DNA of 49,841 nt from Citrobacter phage vB_CfrD_Brooksby. The stretch lies in the sequence record OL539443.1. The stretch is one strand, 5' to 3'. Made by a program: the position numbers and the translations under genes. The notes beneath the pieces are model-generated. The model searched no databases. It worked only from the letters and a program-made list of their open reading frames with translations, and was not told the DNA's origin. Shown here in pieces: positions 20,137 through 29,942 of the stretch (position 1 is its first letter; every line of letters begins with the position of its first letter).

Positions 20137-20190
20137 AATATCTATATAATACATACACTTAGAATTTAATTATTATTATATATATCTATT
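20137..20190. repeat. AT-rich duplicated element, copy 1
   Basis: AAATATCTATATAATACAT then, start-to-start 32 bp later, AATTATTATTATATATATCTAT. Confidence 0.75.
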
Positions 20191-20337
20191 TGTATTCTTC
20201 TTGTTTCTATTGTTCTATATGGTTTGTAGTGGTTGTTTGTTTTGTATTGGTTGATGGTTATATATCACATGGTATGTATTTATATATGGTATGCGGCGTA
20301 AATGCGTGAACAATGGAACACAAAAACAACAATCAGT

Positions 20338-20364
20338 AAAATCATAAACTTACGATGTGATTTT
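20338..20364. repeat. inverted repeat AAAATCA-N13-TGATTTT
   Basis: Direct reading. Confidence 0.6.
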
Positions 20365-20474
20365 GTTTTCAGTGCTAGTTGTAAACGTATACAAAACAAA
20401 AAGAACACTCAAAGGGTATTGACTACATGCAACAAAGACCTATAATGCAGACATACCAACGAGAGGATGACCAA

Positions 20475-21530
20475 ATGAGCGATTTTAAAGTTTACACCTT
20501 TGACCAGTTAACCAATGATGAATATCACGATCCTAAAGGTTGGGCGGCTGAATACGTTAGCGGCTCAAGCCTGGCTGAAATCTTTGCAACTTGTCCGGCA
20601 GCATGGAAATACAGACCACGCGAGGAAAGCAAAGCGCTTGTTTTCGGTACGCAGTCACATACCAACTTTCAAAGCAGTGAGTTGTTCGCAAAAGAGTACC
20701 GCCGAGCGCCAGCGCCGGAAGATTACGAAAACTTGATCACAAGCCAAACGGCATTAGCAAGCAAGTTAAAATCTTTTGGCCTGACTGGTACAAGCGGGAA
20801 AACTTATCCAGACCTGATAAAAATGATGGTTGATTGTGGTGAGGATCTTAATGTTCAGTGGCTGATTGAAATGATCGCAGAGAGCCAGGCGCGAGCGGAT
20901 AACGTTGAATTGGTTCCGGCTAAAGATTACGACGCTTGCGTTACCATGCGCCGTGTACTGGAAAGCATACCGGAACACAACGCTTGCATGAATAGCACAA
21001 CAGCACAACGCGAGCTATCAATTTTCGGAACTATCAAAGGCGTGAAAGTCAAAGTAAGGCTTGACCATGTTGATATTTGCAAAGATGTGCTTGCAACGGT
21101 GATTTCCGGTTATGATGGTGAAGGTAATCCGGTATATGAAACAACGCGATTTGATGAAGCGATTGTGATCACGGATTATAAAACAACGTCAAGCGCTAAC
21201 CCGTCAGAGTTTGCAAGGCTGGCATTCAATCACGGCTACTACTTGAAAATGGCATTGCAACATGACTTATTCAAGAAAGCGTATCCAGAAGAAACGCGCC
21301 CCGTAGTAGTCAGATTGCTGGCGCAGGAAAAGAAAGAGCCTTATTTACCGATTGCATACCGCATGACGGATGAACAATTGAAGATCGGACGACTTCAATA
21401 CATGAGCGTGATAAACCAGTTTGCAGAATGCCAGGTAAATGACGTTTGGCCTTCATACGCAAACGGAGAGCCGGAAATTGACCTGCAAACGCCTGATTGG
21501 GTTCGTCGTCAATACAAAGGTTTTTTATAA
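20475..21530 (+). CDS. RecE/exonuclease VIII-like PD-(D/E)XK exonuclease
   Basis: SGSSLAEIFATCPAAWKYRP, ALVFGTQSHTNFQS, DEAIVITDYKTTSSANP, YYLKMALQHDLFKKAY; RBS-associated ATG at 20475. Confidence 0.85.
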   Translation: MSDFKVYTFDQLTNDEYHDPKGWAAEYVSGSSLAEIFATCPAAWKYRPREESKALVFGTQSHTNFQSSELFAKEYRRAPAPEDYENLITSQTALASKLKSFGLTGTSGKTYPDLIKMMVDCGEDLNVQWLIEMIAESQARADNVELVPAKDYDACVTMRRVLESIPEHNACMNSTTAQRELSIFGTIKGVKVKVRLDHVDICKDVLATVISGYDGEGNPVYETTRFDEAIVITDYKTTSSANPSEFARLAFNHGYYLKMALQHDLFKKAYPEETRPVVVRLLAQEKKEPYLPIAYRMTDEQLKIGRLQYMSVINQFAECQVNDVWPSYANGEPEIDLQTPDWVRRQYKGFL

Positions 21531-21531
21531 A

Positions 21532-21573
21532 TAGCACTTTTTGCTAAAACTGCCATTCGATGTGTGGTATACT
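21532..21573 (+). promoter_or_regulatory. operator-promoter cassette 1: TAGCACTTTTTGCTA - 21 bp - TATACT
   Basis: palindrome 21532-21546; -10 21568-21573 with TGG extension. Confidence 0.75.
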
Positions 21574-21605
21574 ACACTCATCAACCAACGAGAGAGGAAA
21601 TAAAA

Positions 21606-21896
21606 ATGGAACAGCAATTCAATGAGCAAGACATTCAAGATGTGCGCGATCACGTAGGAGGATTTGTAAACGCATTAGGAATTATGCAACGCCAGTTCTT
21701 GCGAGTAATTGATCCAAGCGAATCACCGGAAACTCTTGAATATGTTCGCAAGGTTGCATATTCGATTGATAACGTTGTGTTAACGGTTCTTCAAATGGAA
21801 AATAACGAAGAACACCGCAAGATGATTAATCAGGCAAGTGAAATCATGATCCAGAATTTGATTGATTATCATCACGAGAACGAAGAACAGCATTAA
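21606..21896 (+). CDS. hypothetical small acidic protein
   Basis: ATG at 21606 after GAGAGGA; the annotated 21564 start would overlap the -10 element. Confidence 0.7.
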   Translation: MEQQFNEQDIQDVRDHVGGFVNALGIMQRQFLRVIDPSESPETLEYVRKVAYSIDNVVLTVLQMENNEEHRKMINQASEIMIQNLIDYHHENEEQH

Positions 21897-21942
21897 TTAA
21901 CACGGCGGCGCAAGCCGCCATTATTAAACCGGAGTCAATGAA

Positions 21943-22605
21943 ATGAAGTTTTCCGAACAAAACGCAAACGTAATTAAGGCATTGTTTGAGGCGCGTCAAT
22001 TATTCACCAAAGTAAAAAAGGATAAGCAAAACACGCACCTGAAAAATAAATATGCAACTCTTGATAGCGTTCTTGATGCTATTATGCCTGGCCTTACTGA
22101 TAAGGGTTTATTCCTTACTCAAGATCAGAAAGTTGGCGAAGATTTGAAATCAATGACGGTTTTAACTCGCTTCATTCACGTTGAATCAAATGAATGGGTT
22201 GAATATAGTTTCACGTTGCCAATACAGAAATTAGATCCGCAAGGTGGCGGCTCAACAAACAGCTATGCGAGACGTTATGCACTTTGTACCGCTCTTGGCC
22301 TGGCAACGGCTGACGATGACGCAAATCTTGCCACCAAAAACGCGCAGGATTGGAAAAAAGATCTTGATTCTTGCGATAACCTTACAGACTTGCAAGAAAC
22401 GTTTAAAACTGCTTACAAGCAATCTGACGCAGCAAACCGTAGGATCATTAAAGAGCATTACGATAAGCTGAAAGCAAAAATGGAAATCGGCAAAGCTCGC
22501 GGCTTTAATCCGGCTGATCCAGTGGCTAACGTTGCCAAAGCAGAAAAGGTTGAAAAGGAACCGCAACAGGAAGTAAAATCACAGTCTATCACTGACTTTG
22601 AATAA
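21943..22605 (+). CDS. erf: Erf-family single-strand annealing protein
   Basis: TKVKKDKQNTHLKNKYATLDSVLDAIMPGLTDKGLFLTQ...GGSTNSYARRYALCTALGLATADDDAN. Confidence 0.92.
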   Translation: MKFSEQNANVIKALFEARQLFTKVKKDKQNTHLKNKYATLDSVLDAIMPGLTDKGLFLTQDQKVGEDLKSMTVLTRFIHVESNEWVEYSFTLPIQKLDPQGGGSTNSYARRYALCTALGLATADDDANLATKNAQDWKKDLDSCDNLTDLQETFKTAYKQSDAANRRIIKEHYDKLKAKMEIGKARGFNPADPVANVAKAEKVEKEPQQEVKSQSITDFE

Positions 22606-22644
22606 TAATTTGCGGGGCGTAATGCCCCGATAAGGAAAAAAATA

Positions 22645-23073
22645 ATGCACGTTATCACTGGTGAAATTCGCAAAGAGCCTTATGTTAAGCAAAGCGCAAA
22701 TGGCACTTTATACATCGTTGAATTAGCGGAATCGTATAAAGATCGTGAAGGTAATCGACAGTATACCAATTACAAGTTTTTCTTTAATGCCAAAAGCGAC
22801 GGCATGAATAATTTGTATCGCGATGCGTTCCAGGTCGGTAAGGTTGTTTCAGTATCGTGCGATCAGTTGCGAATTGATAGCAACGAATACAACGGACAAA
22901 TTTATAACACGCTAACAAGTGCTGGATTTGCTAACCTGCAATTTAGCCAGCGAGGGGAAGGTCAAGCACCACAACAACAGCAACGACCACCTCAACAACG
23001 GCAGCAACCGCAACAGCAAGCGCCACAAAACAATGAGCCACCAATGGATTTTGACGACGATATTCCATTCTGA
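22645..23073 (+). CDS. ssb: single-stranded DNA-binding protein
   Basis: OB-fold-like N-terminus, Gln/Pro-rich linker and acidic tip MDFDDDIPF. Confidence 0.88.
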   Translation: MHVITGEIRKEPYVKQSANGTLYIVELAESYKDREGNRQYTNYKFFFNAKSDGMNNLYRDAFQVGKVVSVSCDQLRIDSNEYNGQIYNTLTSAGFANLQFSQRGEGQAPQQQQRPPQQRQQPQQQAPQNNEPPMDFDDDIPF

Positions 23074-23079
23074 TAAAAG

Positions 23080-23106
23080 AAAAGGAGCCGAAAGGCTCCT
23101 TTTTTA
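23080..23106. terminator. bidirectional terminator between ssb and tail fibre gene
   Basis: AAAGGAGCC-GAAA-GGCTCCTTT flanked by A/T runs. Confidence 0.85.
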
Positions 23107-25371
23107 TTACTTAGCAATCTGAACAAACATTGCTTGCATTTCCGCAATTGCGGCTTTCATTTCTGCGATCTCGTTTTTCAACTCTTTAATTTCCTCCTGT
23201 TGTTTCTCTATTTTTTCTTTCTGCTCTTTGAATGCGTTAACCAAAAGAGCTACAACGCCATTATAGTTAATGCCTTTGATTGCCTCGCCTTTTGGATCTA
23301 GCTGACCATCATTATTCAAAGAATGAACCGCTTCCGGCAAAACCCTTTCAACATCTTGTGCAATCAATCCAGCCTCAATACTATAAACGCTGTTTTCATC
23401 TTCAATTAGATTGTTGCGCTTGTAGTAAGTATAACCAGTTAGATAATCAATTTTGTCGGATGCCGTTTCGATCTCTTTTAGATGTGCTTTTAATCTAATG
23501 TCAGACCTGCTAACCCAATTTGATGCGCTACCATTTCCAGCACTATCAAAAATAAATTCAGCGCCCTTAACATAAAGATGTGTTTCAGCGCCGCCAGGAG
23601 TCCACGGAACAACATCCATGCCAGCTATCCAATCTTTCCCCCAATAAACAGATTTAAATATGGCAACCGCAGAATCAAATCCAGTGTGCTCAACAAGCAA
23701 TCCAGACGCACGACTACGCCAGTCGGCAAATGAACCACCCTCAACTTGACCAGCAATAAGAGCGTTTGGATCACCGCGCCTAACTCCATTTACATACATA
23801 CCCATTGCGTTATCATCAACATAAGATGATATGACCCTGTAAGTGTTTATTCCTGATGGAGTCCATGCAAATATTCTCGCTGAATCAGCAAACGCGCTTA
23901 TGTGACCATCACGATCCCATTTAAGACCTGAATCATGATCCCCAATTGTTATAGAGTAATCACCAAGAGCCGATGCAGCATTAGGATCTAATAACATCAA
24001 TTGCTTATCAGATCTTGCTATCCTGTACCATGCACCCCAACCGCCAGCATTGCAAATGATACCCCATTTATTTCCATTCATTGCTGTTGCAACAATATTT
24101 CCATACTCAACATGACCGTTTGAATTTTTACCGTGAACATGCAATTCATACATCCACCAACCAGAGGCTTCAGGTGGTTGATATGTAACAAGTTCTCCGC
24201 TTGAGTAATAACCGCTTTCTGCGTATGTTGACATAAACCCAAGAATGTTTGAATTATTAGGAATAATAATTGCTTGACCACCAACAGGAGTATTTAAGTT
24301 CTTTCTTGCTCCAACATCACTTGTTGCACCAGTGCCGCCCTGTTGAATTCCAAGAGGAACAAACTGTTGCGTTGCAGTATTCCAATAACCCCAGCCATCA
24401 TTACCAACCGTTAGGTATTTAATTGTATCAGGCGACTGAATAAATGTTTCACCATCACCCTGATTAAACCTGTTAACCTGAAAATTAATTCTCGCTTGAG
24501 CAACGTTTTCAGCACCAGTACCGCCAGCACCAATAGAAAGCGCAGATGTGCTGTTATTGTCATTACGCGCAACGCGCCATTCCCCATTGTTAGCGATCCG
24601 TAATTCATAAGTCCATGCAGGATTACGAAAAGAATTATAAGCGCCAGCATATTGATCTTTTACAGAATTAACAGCCTCAACTTTTAGCGCCTCCCTTGCA
24701 AGGTCTTTGTTTGCAAGATCATTAAGGTTTTGATCCTTATGCAGAAGATTTTCAGGCTGTACCTGTTGCGCCCATTGGCGAACTTCATCACGCGCGTATA
24801 ACGCTTCATTTTTAATTCCGGTTATCTCAGTAACGGCAGAATCTTTAATCTGTTGCGTTTGGTTTTTTATTGCGTCCGTGTCGGCCTTAATCTGATTGGT
24901 TTCATTAACGGCTGCATCCTTAATAGTTTGCGTGTCGTTTTTTAATTGCTCAGTTGCGGCGCGATCAGCAGCAGTATTTTTTTCAGCGTCTTTAATCTGA
25001 TTAACCAAATCCTGCAATGTTTTCAGGTCAAAGTTTTTGAAGAATTCAATTGCTTCCTCAATTACAGTTTCTTTGCTTTGATAATAACGCAGAGTTTCCG
25101 CAACATCTTGCGCCATTCCATCTACCGTTAAAGAGTCATTCAACAGGATCACATAATTTCCGTTTTCTACTGGCTCGCCGTCAGTCTGGATCGCTTTCAT
25201 TTCCGTGTCGCTTACAATATCGCTAATCACAGCCAATTTAAGAGGCGATGTGAGAAATACGATTGTTGCGCCAGTGCGGATAAGAGAAAGAGGCTCACGC
25301 CATTTTGTGCCAGTACCGGTAATAACGCCTTGATCGTCCATTGCAGCCGTACCAGTTCGATATAAAGCCAT
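23107..25371 (-). CDS. tail fibre with C-terminal intramolecular chaperone (peptidase S74)
   Basis: [32 protein letters not shown]...[19 protein letters not shown]...[17 protein letters not shown]. Confidence 0.93.
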   Translation of the reverse strand: MALYRTGTAAMDDQGVITGTGTKWREPLSLIRTGATIVFLTSPLKLAVISDIVSDTEMKAIQTDGEPVENGNYVILLNDSLTVDGMAQDVAETLRYYQSKETVIEEAIEFFKNFDLKTLQDLVNQIKDAEKNTAADRAATEQLKNDTQTIKDAAVNETNQIKADTDAIKNQTQQIKDSAVTEITGIKNEALYARDEVRQWAQQVQPENLLHKDQNLNDLANKDLAREALKVEAVNSVKDQYAGAYNSFRNPAWTYELRIANNGEWRVARNDNNSTSALSIGAGGTGAENVAQARINFQVNRFNQGDGETFIQSPDTIKYLTVGNDGWGYWNTATQQFVPLGIQQGGTGATSDVGARKNLNTPVGGQAIIIPNNSNILGFMSTYAESGYYSSGELVTYQPPEASGWWMYELHVHGKNSNGHVEYGNIVATAMNGNKWGIICNAGGWGAWYRIARSDKQLMLLDPNAASALGDYSITIGDHDSGLKWDRDGHISAFADSARIFAWTPSGINTYRVISSYVDDNAMGMYVNGVRRGDPNALIAGQVEGGSFADWRSRASGLLVEHTGFDSAVAIFKSVYWGKDWIAGMDVVPWTPGGAETHLYVKGAEFIFDSAGNGSASNWVSRSDIRLKAHLKEIETASDKIDYLTGYTYYKRNNLIEDENSVYSIEAGLIAQDVERVLPEAVHSLNNDGQLDPKGEAIKGINYNGVVALLVNAFKEQKEKIEKQQEEIKELKNEIAEMKAAIAEMQAMFVQIAK

Positions 25372-25408
25372 AATTACACCTCATTTTATTCATTGAAACA
25401 GTGTAGTG

Positions 25409-25437
25409 ATTATGCGATATTGCTATGTTACATGCAA
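25409..25437 (-). promoter_or_regulatory. sigma70-type promoter for tail fibre gene: TTGCAT-17-CATAAT
   Basis: -35 complement at 25432-25437, -10 complement at 25409-25414. Confidence 0.65.
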
Positions 25438-25462
25438 TAAAAAACCCCGCATAAGCGGGGTT
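25437..25462 (-). terminator. terminator at end of primase operon
   Basis: complement reads AACCCCGC-TTAT-GCGGGGTTTTTTATT. Confidence 0.85.
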
Positions 25463-25526
25463 CATCAACGACAACGAGAAGTCAATGAAACAGATTCATC
25501 GAAAAGTGTTAGTAGCAGGATGAATA

Positions 25527-26453
25527 TTATAATAAGTCACTTGCCTTGTAAAGTCTCCGCTCTATTCCATTTTTGAATTTACCGTTAATTGGTAACATTA
25601 CGTCTAATTCTCGATCATCAGCAGCAATCAAAGTATCGCGATCATTAGCATGGCACACCACGCGCATTTTACGATCCCCTTTGTATCTGTATGCAACAAT
25701 TTCAAGATTTGAAGGCGAGAAACACGCCCATACTTCTTGCCCCGTCGCCAGATGGATATGTTGCGCATCAATCCAATCAACGCAAAGGTAAATTGTTTTG
25801 TCAGTCTTGCCAGTTACCGCAACGCTTCCGCGCGTGTAATCTTTCGCGTAAAAACTGCTTTTACCTTCCTCATTGACGAAAAGAATATTGCACATGTCAT
25901 CATCCAATTCATCACTATGCACCAGTTGGCAAGGAATAGCGTGTATATGCTCGCAATATCCATTGTCATGAGTTTTTACGCCAACTTGATACGATTCGCC
26001 GTCTAATGGATAAAACGCCTCAAAAACGCTTAGATTTGTTATTTCCATGCGTTCAGTTTTATCCATAACCTCAACACATTTTTCATGAGGCGCTTGCGAT
26101 CCGAAATTGTAACCGGAATCACGTTTTGCCGCTTTGTTAGCCTTGTTGACAACCTCAACCGGAACCAGGTTTAACCATTCGCCTAGCGTGTCGATTGCTT
26201 CACTGTAATTTTCACCACGTATGCGCATGAATAATCCGATCCCTGAATCATTCCCGCATTGGTTGCAAATGTTTCCGCCGTCGCCTTTCTCGTTGATTTT
26301 GTCAGTCCAACGAAAGCGATCTTTGCCGCCGCAATAAGGGCAAGGCTGATGCTTTCCGTTAAAGGTTAATTGAGGAATATCGCAAAGTTTCATCAATGCC
26401 GCTTGCCACATGCCGCGCATCTTTGGGATCACTTCTTCTTTTTGATAATGCAT
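25527..26453 (-). CDS. DNA primase (zinc-binding P4/DnaG-type)
   Basis: CPYCGGKDRFRWTDKINEKGDGGNICNQCG zinc ribbon. Confidence 0.88.
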   Translation of the reverse strand: MHYQKEEVIPKMRGMWQAALMKLCDIPQLTFNGKHQPCPYCGGKDRFRWTDKINEKGDGGNICNQCGNDSGIGLFMRIRGENYSEAIDTLGEWLNLVPVEVVNKANKAAKRDSGYNFGSQAPHEKCVEVMDKTERMEITNLSVFEAFYPLDGESYQVGVKTHDNGYCEHIHAIPCQLVHSDELDDDMCNILFVNEEGKSSFYAKDYTRGSVAVTGKTDKTIYLCVDWIDAQHIHLATGQEVWACFSPSNLEIVAYRYKGDRKMRVVCHANDRDTLIAADDRELDVMLPINGKFKNGIERRLYKASDLL

Positions 26454-26478
26454 TTCTCAATCTCCAAATAAAAACCTG

Positions 26479-26501
26479 GCACGATGATAAACCATGCCAG
26501 G
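26479..26501 (-). terminator. hairpin with T-run between HTH gene and primase gene
   Basis: CCTGGC...GCCAGG followed on the complement by TTTTTATTT. Confidence 0.5.
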
Positions 26502-26510
26502 CCGGAATTT

Positions 26511-27119
26511 TTAGCAATCAGTGCTATCGACGGAAATCACAACGCGTTTCTTCTGATTGGCTTCCTTTGCTTTGCGCCGTTCTTCTTTCGCCTTTTCGCG
26601 TTCAGCTTTGCGCCGCGCTTTCTCCTTCTCGCGTTCTTCTGGACTCATAGACCGTAACGGATCGTAAGGCCGGACAAATCCCCTTGCTTCCGCTTCCTCT
26701 TTGGTTACAAATCGCATCAGCTTTCTGTTGCTGCAACGATTCTCTAATGGCTTGCCATTATTATCAAATTTGATATCTGGACGGCAATATGAAGCGCGGA
26801 AGCCGTTAAAACCTTTGCGGCGGTAATCTTTCTGGATCAGTTCAGCGCCTTTAGTTGAAATCATGCCGCGCTCTTTCCATCCCCACACTGTTTTAAGGTT
26901 AACGCCAATTTCACGCGCCAGGGCAGCACAACCGCCGTAAGCGTTGACAACTTCATCAAGCCGCGCTTTTAATCCGGCTCTTACTTCTTCCTTTAATACA
27001 AGATAACCGCTAACAGGTGCGCGACGTTTGCGATCTTTACCACGTCTTACGCCGTTGTTACCATTGATTGTGCGTTTGTCGATTTCGCCAGTTGAGGCGG
27101 CAATTTTGATTTCGCTCAT
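26511..27119 (-). CDS. Cro/YdaS-like helix-turn-helix DNA-binding protein with basic C-terminus
   Basis: VVNAYGGCAALAREIGVNLKTVWGWKERGMISTKGAELIQKDYR. Confidence 0.65.
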   Translation of the reverse strand: MSEIKIAASTGEIDKRTINGNNGVRRGKDRKRRAPVSGYLVLKEEVRAGLKARLDEVVNAYGGCAALAREIGVNLKTVWGWKERGMISTKGAELIQKDYRRKGFNGFRASYCRPDIKFDNNGKPLENRCSNRKLMRFVTKEEAEARGFVRPYDPLRSMSPEEREKEKARRKAEREKAKEERRKAKEANQKKRVVISVDSTDC

Positions 27120-27130
27120 ATTTTCACCTA

Positions 27131-27172
27131 TAGCACTTTTTGCTAAAAAACTTGATTAATTTTGTGTATGAT
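27131..27172 (+). promoter_or_regulatory. operator-promoter cassette 2 in the divergent HTH/helicase intergenic: TAGCACTTTTTGCTA - 21 bp - TATGAT
   Basis: Palindrome 27131-27145; its complement also forms TGcTATAGG upstream of the HTH gene. Confidence 0.75.
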
Positions 27173-27207
27173 ATGCCGCAAATGGCATTTAGTCAAAAGG
27201 ATAAAAA

Positions 27208-29181
27208 ATGATTCCTAACATTGAAAAGCAGATTGCAGATCTTGGAGAGGAAAAGATCAGAGCAATACAGAAGCGTTTCACGGTTGGTGAGATTGTACCG
27301 TATGAATACCAATGCGTTGCTTACGCTGAAATTGCAAAGCGCTTGAGCAAGTATGTTGATCCGTTTTTCGTTAAAGCGGCGGTATCGGCAGGTAAAACAA
27401 TCATCTTTGCTATGGTTGCGGCTCAGTGCAGGAAAATGGGATTGAAAGCGTTATTTCTGGCGCGTCAATCTGAAATTGTGGATCAGGATTCAAAAGAGAT
27501 TAGCGCCTTTGGTGTTCCGAATTCCGTTTATTGCGCTGGCCTGAATACCAAAAGCGCTTATTTCCCGATTGTTGTTGGATCGGAAGGTACTGTAATTGGC
27601 GGATTGAATAAGGCGTTAGGTGATTACGTCCCACAGGTTTTAGGTATAGATGAATGTCATCAAGTCAACTGGAATGATATTGTGGAAGCCGAGGAAAACG
27701 GCGAAAGCATAGAGCAAATGATGACGCCGAAAGGTGAACCAGTTGAAGGGCATCCGTTGCTGATTGGTTCAGGCCGAGCACAATACACCATTATCATTGC
27801 AGAAATGCGCCGCCGTTGCCTTGAGACTTACGGGCATCAGTTGCGCATATTTGGAATGACAGGATCGGAATATCGCGGGATTGAGCCGATACTTGTAGAA
27901 GATAAAAGAATTCCTGGATTTTGGCGTGAGCAGATCACAAACATTGATACTGATTACCTGGTAAAATTTGGCTCAGTTGTTCCAACTTATTTTGGCAATG
28001 TTGGTGATTTGGGTTACGACTTATCAGAATTTACGCCAGTGCATGAATTTGGCGTTGCTGATTATGACCAGAAGCAATTAAAGGCCATGAGTGACAAGAT
28101 TCACCAATCAGGAACCATGACGCAGAAAATAATGCAGATGGTTCATGAGGTTATGAAAAACCGCTTGTGCGCTCTTGTTACTTGCGCTGACGAAAGGAAT
28201 TGTAAAGAGGCTGCGGCGGCGCTTCCTCCTGGCACGAAATATCACATTATCACCGGAAAAACTGGAGAGAAACAGCGGCGCTTATGGCTTGAGGATGCCT
28301 ATGAAGGGCGCGTGAAATACATATTCCAGGTTCAAGCGCTAACAACTGGAGTGAACGTTCCGCCGTGGGATACTTCTGTTATTTTGCGTAAGATCGGAAG
28401 CCTGACGCTATTAACTCAGCTTTTGGGGCGTGGTATGCGTCAATTAAAAACTTACCATAAAGAAGTATTGGGAATGCACAAAACAGATCACCTTGTTTTG
28501 GATTTTTCAGGCACTATGTTTGAAATGGGTAATTTGTATTTCGATCCGATGTTAGAGCAAGCGCAATTCCAGTTGCGTAAATCACAGGATAAAGATCCGA
28601 AATATTGCCCGATTTGCGGCACAGAAAATTCATTCTATGCTCGCCGTTGCATTAATGAGGATGAAAACGGAAATCGTTGTGAGCATTTCTGGACGTTCCA
28701 GGAATGTGAGGATCAGATTAATGACCGCACAAAGAAAGTTATTGCAAAAGGTTGCGGCGCAAAAAATGACGTTGCGGCGCGTGTATGCCGTTGCTGTAAT
28801 GTTCAGTTACGCGATCCAAATGATAACTTATCCGGCAAGATGTACCGTAAAAACGATTGGTGCGACGTGTTAGATTTTAATGTGACGCTGACAAAAAACC
28901 AGGCTGGAGTAATATTCTGCTACACGTTGCGTGATAGTGGAGGCGTAGAATTCAGGGCATACGAAAAATATTTCCCTGAATCAGAACACAAGATATGCAA
29001 AACGCTTTGGACAAAGGCGGTTAGAACACACGTTATAGATCGCCAGGCTGCAAACTTCATGATCACTTGCCGAAATGCAATTAAGATCATGAGTTATGCG
29101 GGGCAAATATTGCCGCCGAAACGTGTTACCCATCGCAAGAACACAAAGAAAGAAGATTTGATCGCACAGAAGGAGTTTTAA
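27208..29181 (+). CDS. superfamily 2 DNA/RNA helicase
   Basis: VKAAVSAGKTIIFAMVAAQC, GIDECHQVNW, ALVTCADERNCKEA, TGVNVPPWDTSVILR...QLLGRGMR, C-terminal zinc-finger-like Cys clusters. Confidence 0.92.
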   Translation: MIPNIEKQIADLGEEKIRAIQKRFTVGEIVPYEYQCVAYAEIAKRLSKYVDPFFVKAAVSAGKTIIFAMVAAQCRKMGLKALFLARQSEIVDQDSKEISAFGVPNSVYCAGLNTKSAYFPIVVGSEGTVIGGLNKALGDYVPQVLGIDECHQVNWNDIVEAEENGESIEQMMTPKGEPVEGHPLLIGSGRAQYTIIIAEMRRRCLETYGHQLRIFGMTGSEYRGIEPILVEDKRIPGFWREQITNIDTDYLVKFGSVVPTYFGNVGDLGYDLSEFTPVHEFGVADYDQKQLKAMSDKIHQSGTMTQKIMQMVHEVMKNRLCALVTCADERNCKEAAAALPPGTKYHIITGKTGEKQRRLWLEDAYEGRVKYIFQVQALTTGVNVPPWDTSVILRKIGSLTLLTQLLGRGMRQLKTYHKEVLGMHKTDHLVLDFSGTMFEMGNLYFDPMLEQAQFQLRKSQDKDPKYCPICGTENSFYARRCINEDENGNRCEHFWTFQECEDQINDRTKKVIAKGCGAKNDVAARVCRCCNVQLRDPNDNLSGKMYRKNDWCDVLDFNVTLTKNQAGVIFCYTLRDSGGVEFRAYEKYFPESEHKICKTLWTKAVRTHVIDRQAANFMITCRNAIKIMSYAGQILPPKRVTHRKNTKKEDLIAQKEF

Positions 29182-29183
29182 AG

Positions 29184-29591
29184 ATGGTTACTGATAAAGG
29201 CGATTATCTGGAGTATTACGACAAATCAGATCCAGATGACAGAAAAGAGGAAGCGCACCAGGTTGATTCTTACTCATGGTTAACATATGAGTTTCCAATG
29301 TGGCTTGTTTGGCACACTAAAAACGAAGGGAAGAAAACAATAGGCACAGCAGTAAAGGATCAGCAAGCAGGTGTGAAAAAGGGAGTAAGCGACATTCTAA
29401 TCCTGACTGGTTTTATTGGCTGCAAATATGCATTCATTGCCATTGAGCTTAAACGAGCCAACAAGAAAGGCACGAAAGTAAGCCAGGAGCAAAAGGAATT
29501 CTTACGCCGCGTTAGGGAATGCGGAGGATTTGCCGCCGTATGTTATGGTGTAGATCAAGTAAAATTGGCTATCGCAGACGCTATCAAATAG
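29184..29591 (+). CDS. VRR-NUC family nuclease
   Basis: SDILILTGFIGCKYAFIAIELKRANKKGTKVSQEQKEFLRRVRECGGFAAVCYG. Confidence 0.85.
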   Translation: MVTDKGDYLEYYDKSDPDDRKEEAHQVDSYSWLTYEFPMWLVWHTKNEGKKTIGTAVKDQQAGVKKGVSDILILTGFIGCKYAFIAIELKRANKKGTKVSQEQKEFLRRVRECGGFAAVCYGVDQVKLAIADAIK

Positions 29592-29631
29592 CACTTTTTG
29601 TTAAAACAAGCGCAACGGAATGCGCCATAAT
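29589..29631 (+). promoter_or_regulatory. operator-promoter cassette 3: TAGCACTTTTTGTTA - 22 bp - CATAAT; TAG is the stop codon of the nuclease gene
   Basis: Direct reading. Confidence 0.75.
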
Positions 29632-29662
29632 GCACGCATCAGAACGAAACGGAGAATTAACC

Positions 29663-29941
29663 ATGAAAAAGATGTTATCAGTAGTTGCTTTATCACTTGC
29701 CCTTGTAGGTTGCATGGATAAACCAAAAACATATATTTGCGGAAATGAAGCGTTTGAGGTTACAAGCGACTATATGAAAGTTGTAAGAGGTCAGAGCACA
29801 GGCGTTGTAATGGATAATATCAGCAAAAATCAATATAAGCTGTTTACGCCAATTGGGACGGCTTATTACACTGTTAACGATAGCACCATTGATATTAAAG
29901 TTGGCGTTTATCAGCACACTCTAACTTGCGAGGTAAAATAA
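29663..29941 (+). CDS. small lipoprotein
   Basis: MKKMLSVVALSLALVGC lipobox; ATG 29663 after GGAG. Confidence 0.75.
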   Translation: MKKMLSVVALSLALVGCMDKPKTYICGNEAFEVTSDYMKVVRGQSTGVVMDNISKNQYKLFTPIGTAYYTVNDSTIDIKVGVYQHTLTCEVK

Positions 29942-29942
29942 A

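Noticed and set aside
21541-21573. Reading TTGCTA/TTGTTA at the 3' end of the palindrome as a normal -35
   Set aside because: The spacer to the -10 would be 21-22 bp at all copies, well outside the usual 16-18 bp for sigma70; kept only as an alternative needing experimental testing.
21904-21919. GGCGGC-GCAA-GCCGCC hairpin after 21896
   Set aside because: No T-run follows, so not called an intrinsic terminator; may be an mRNA stability hairpin.
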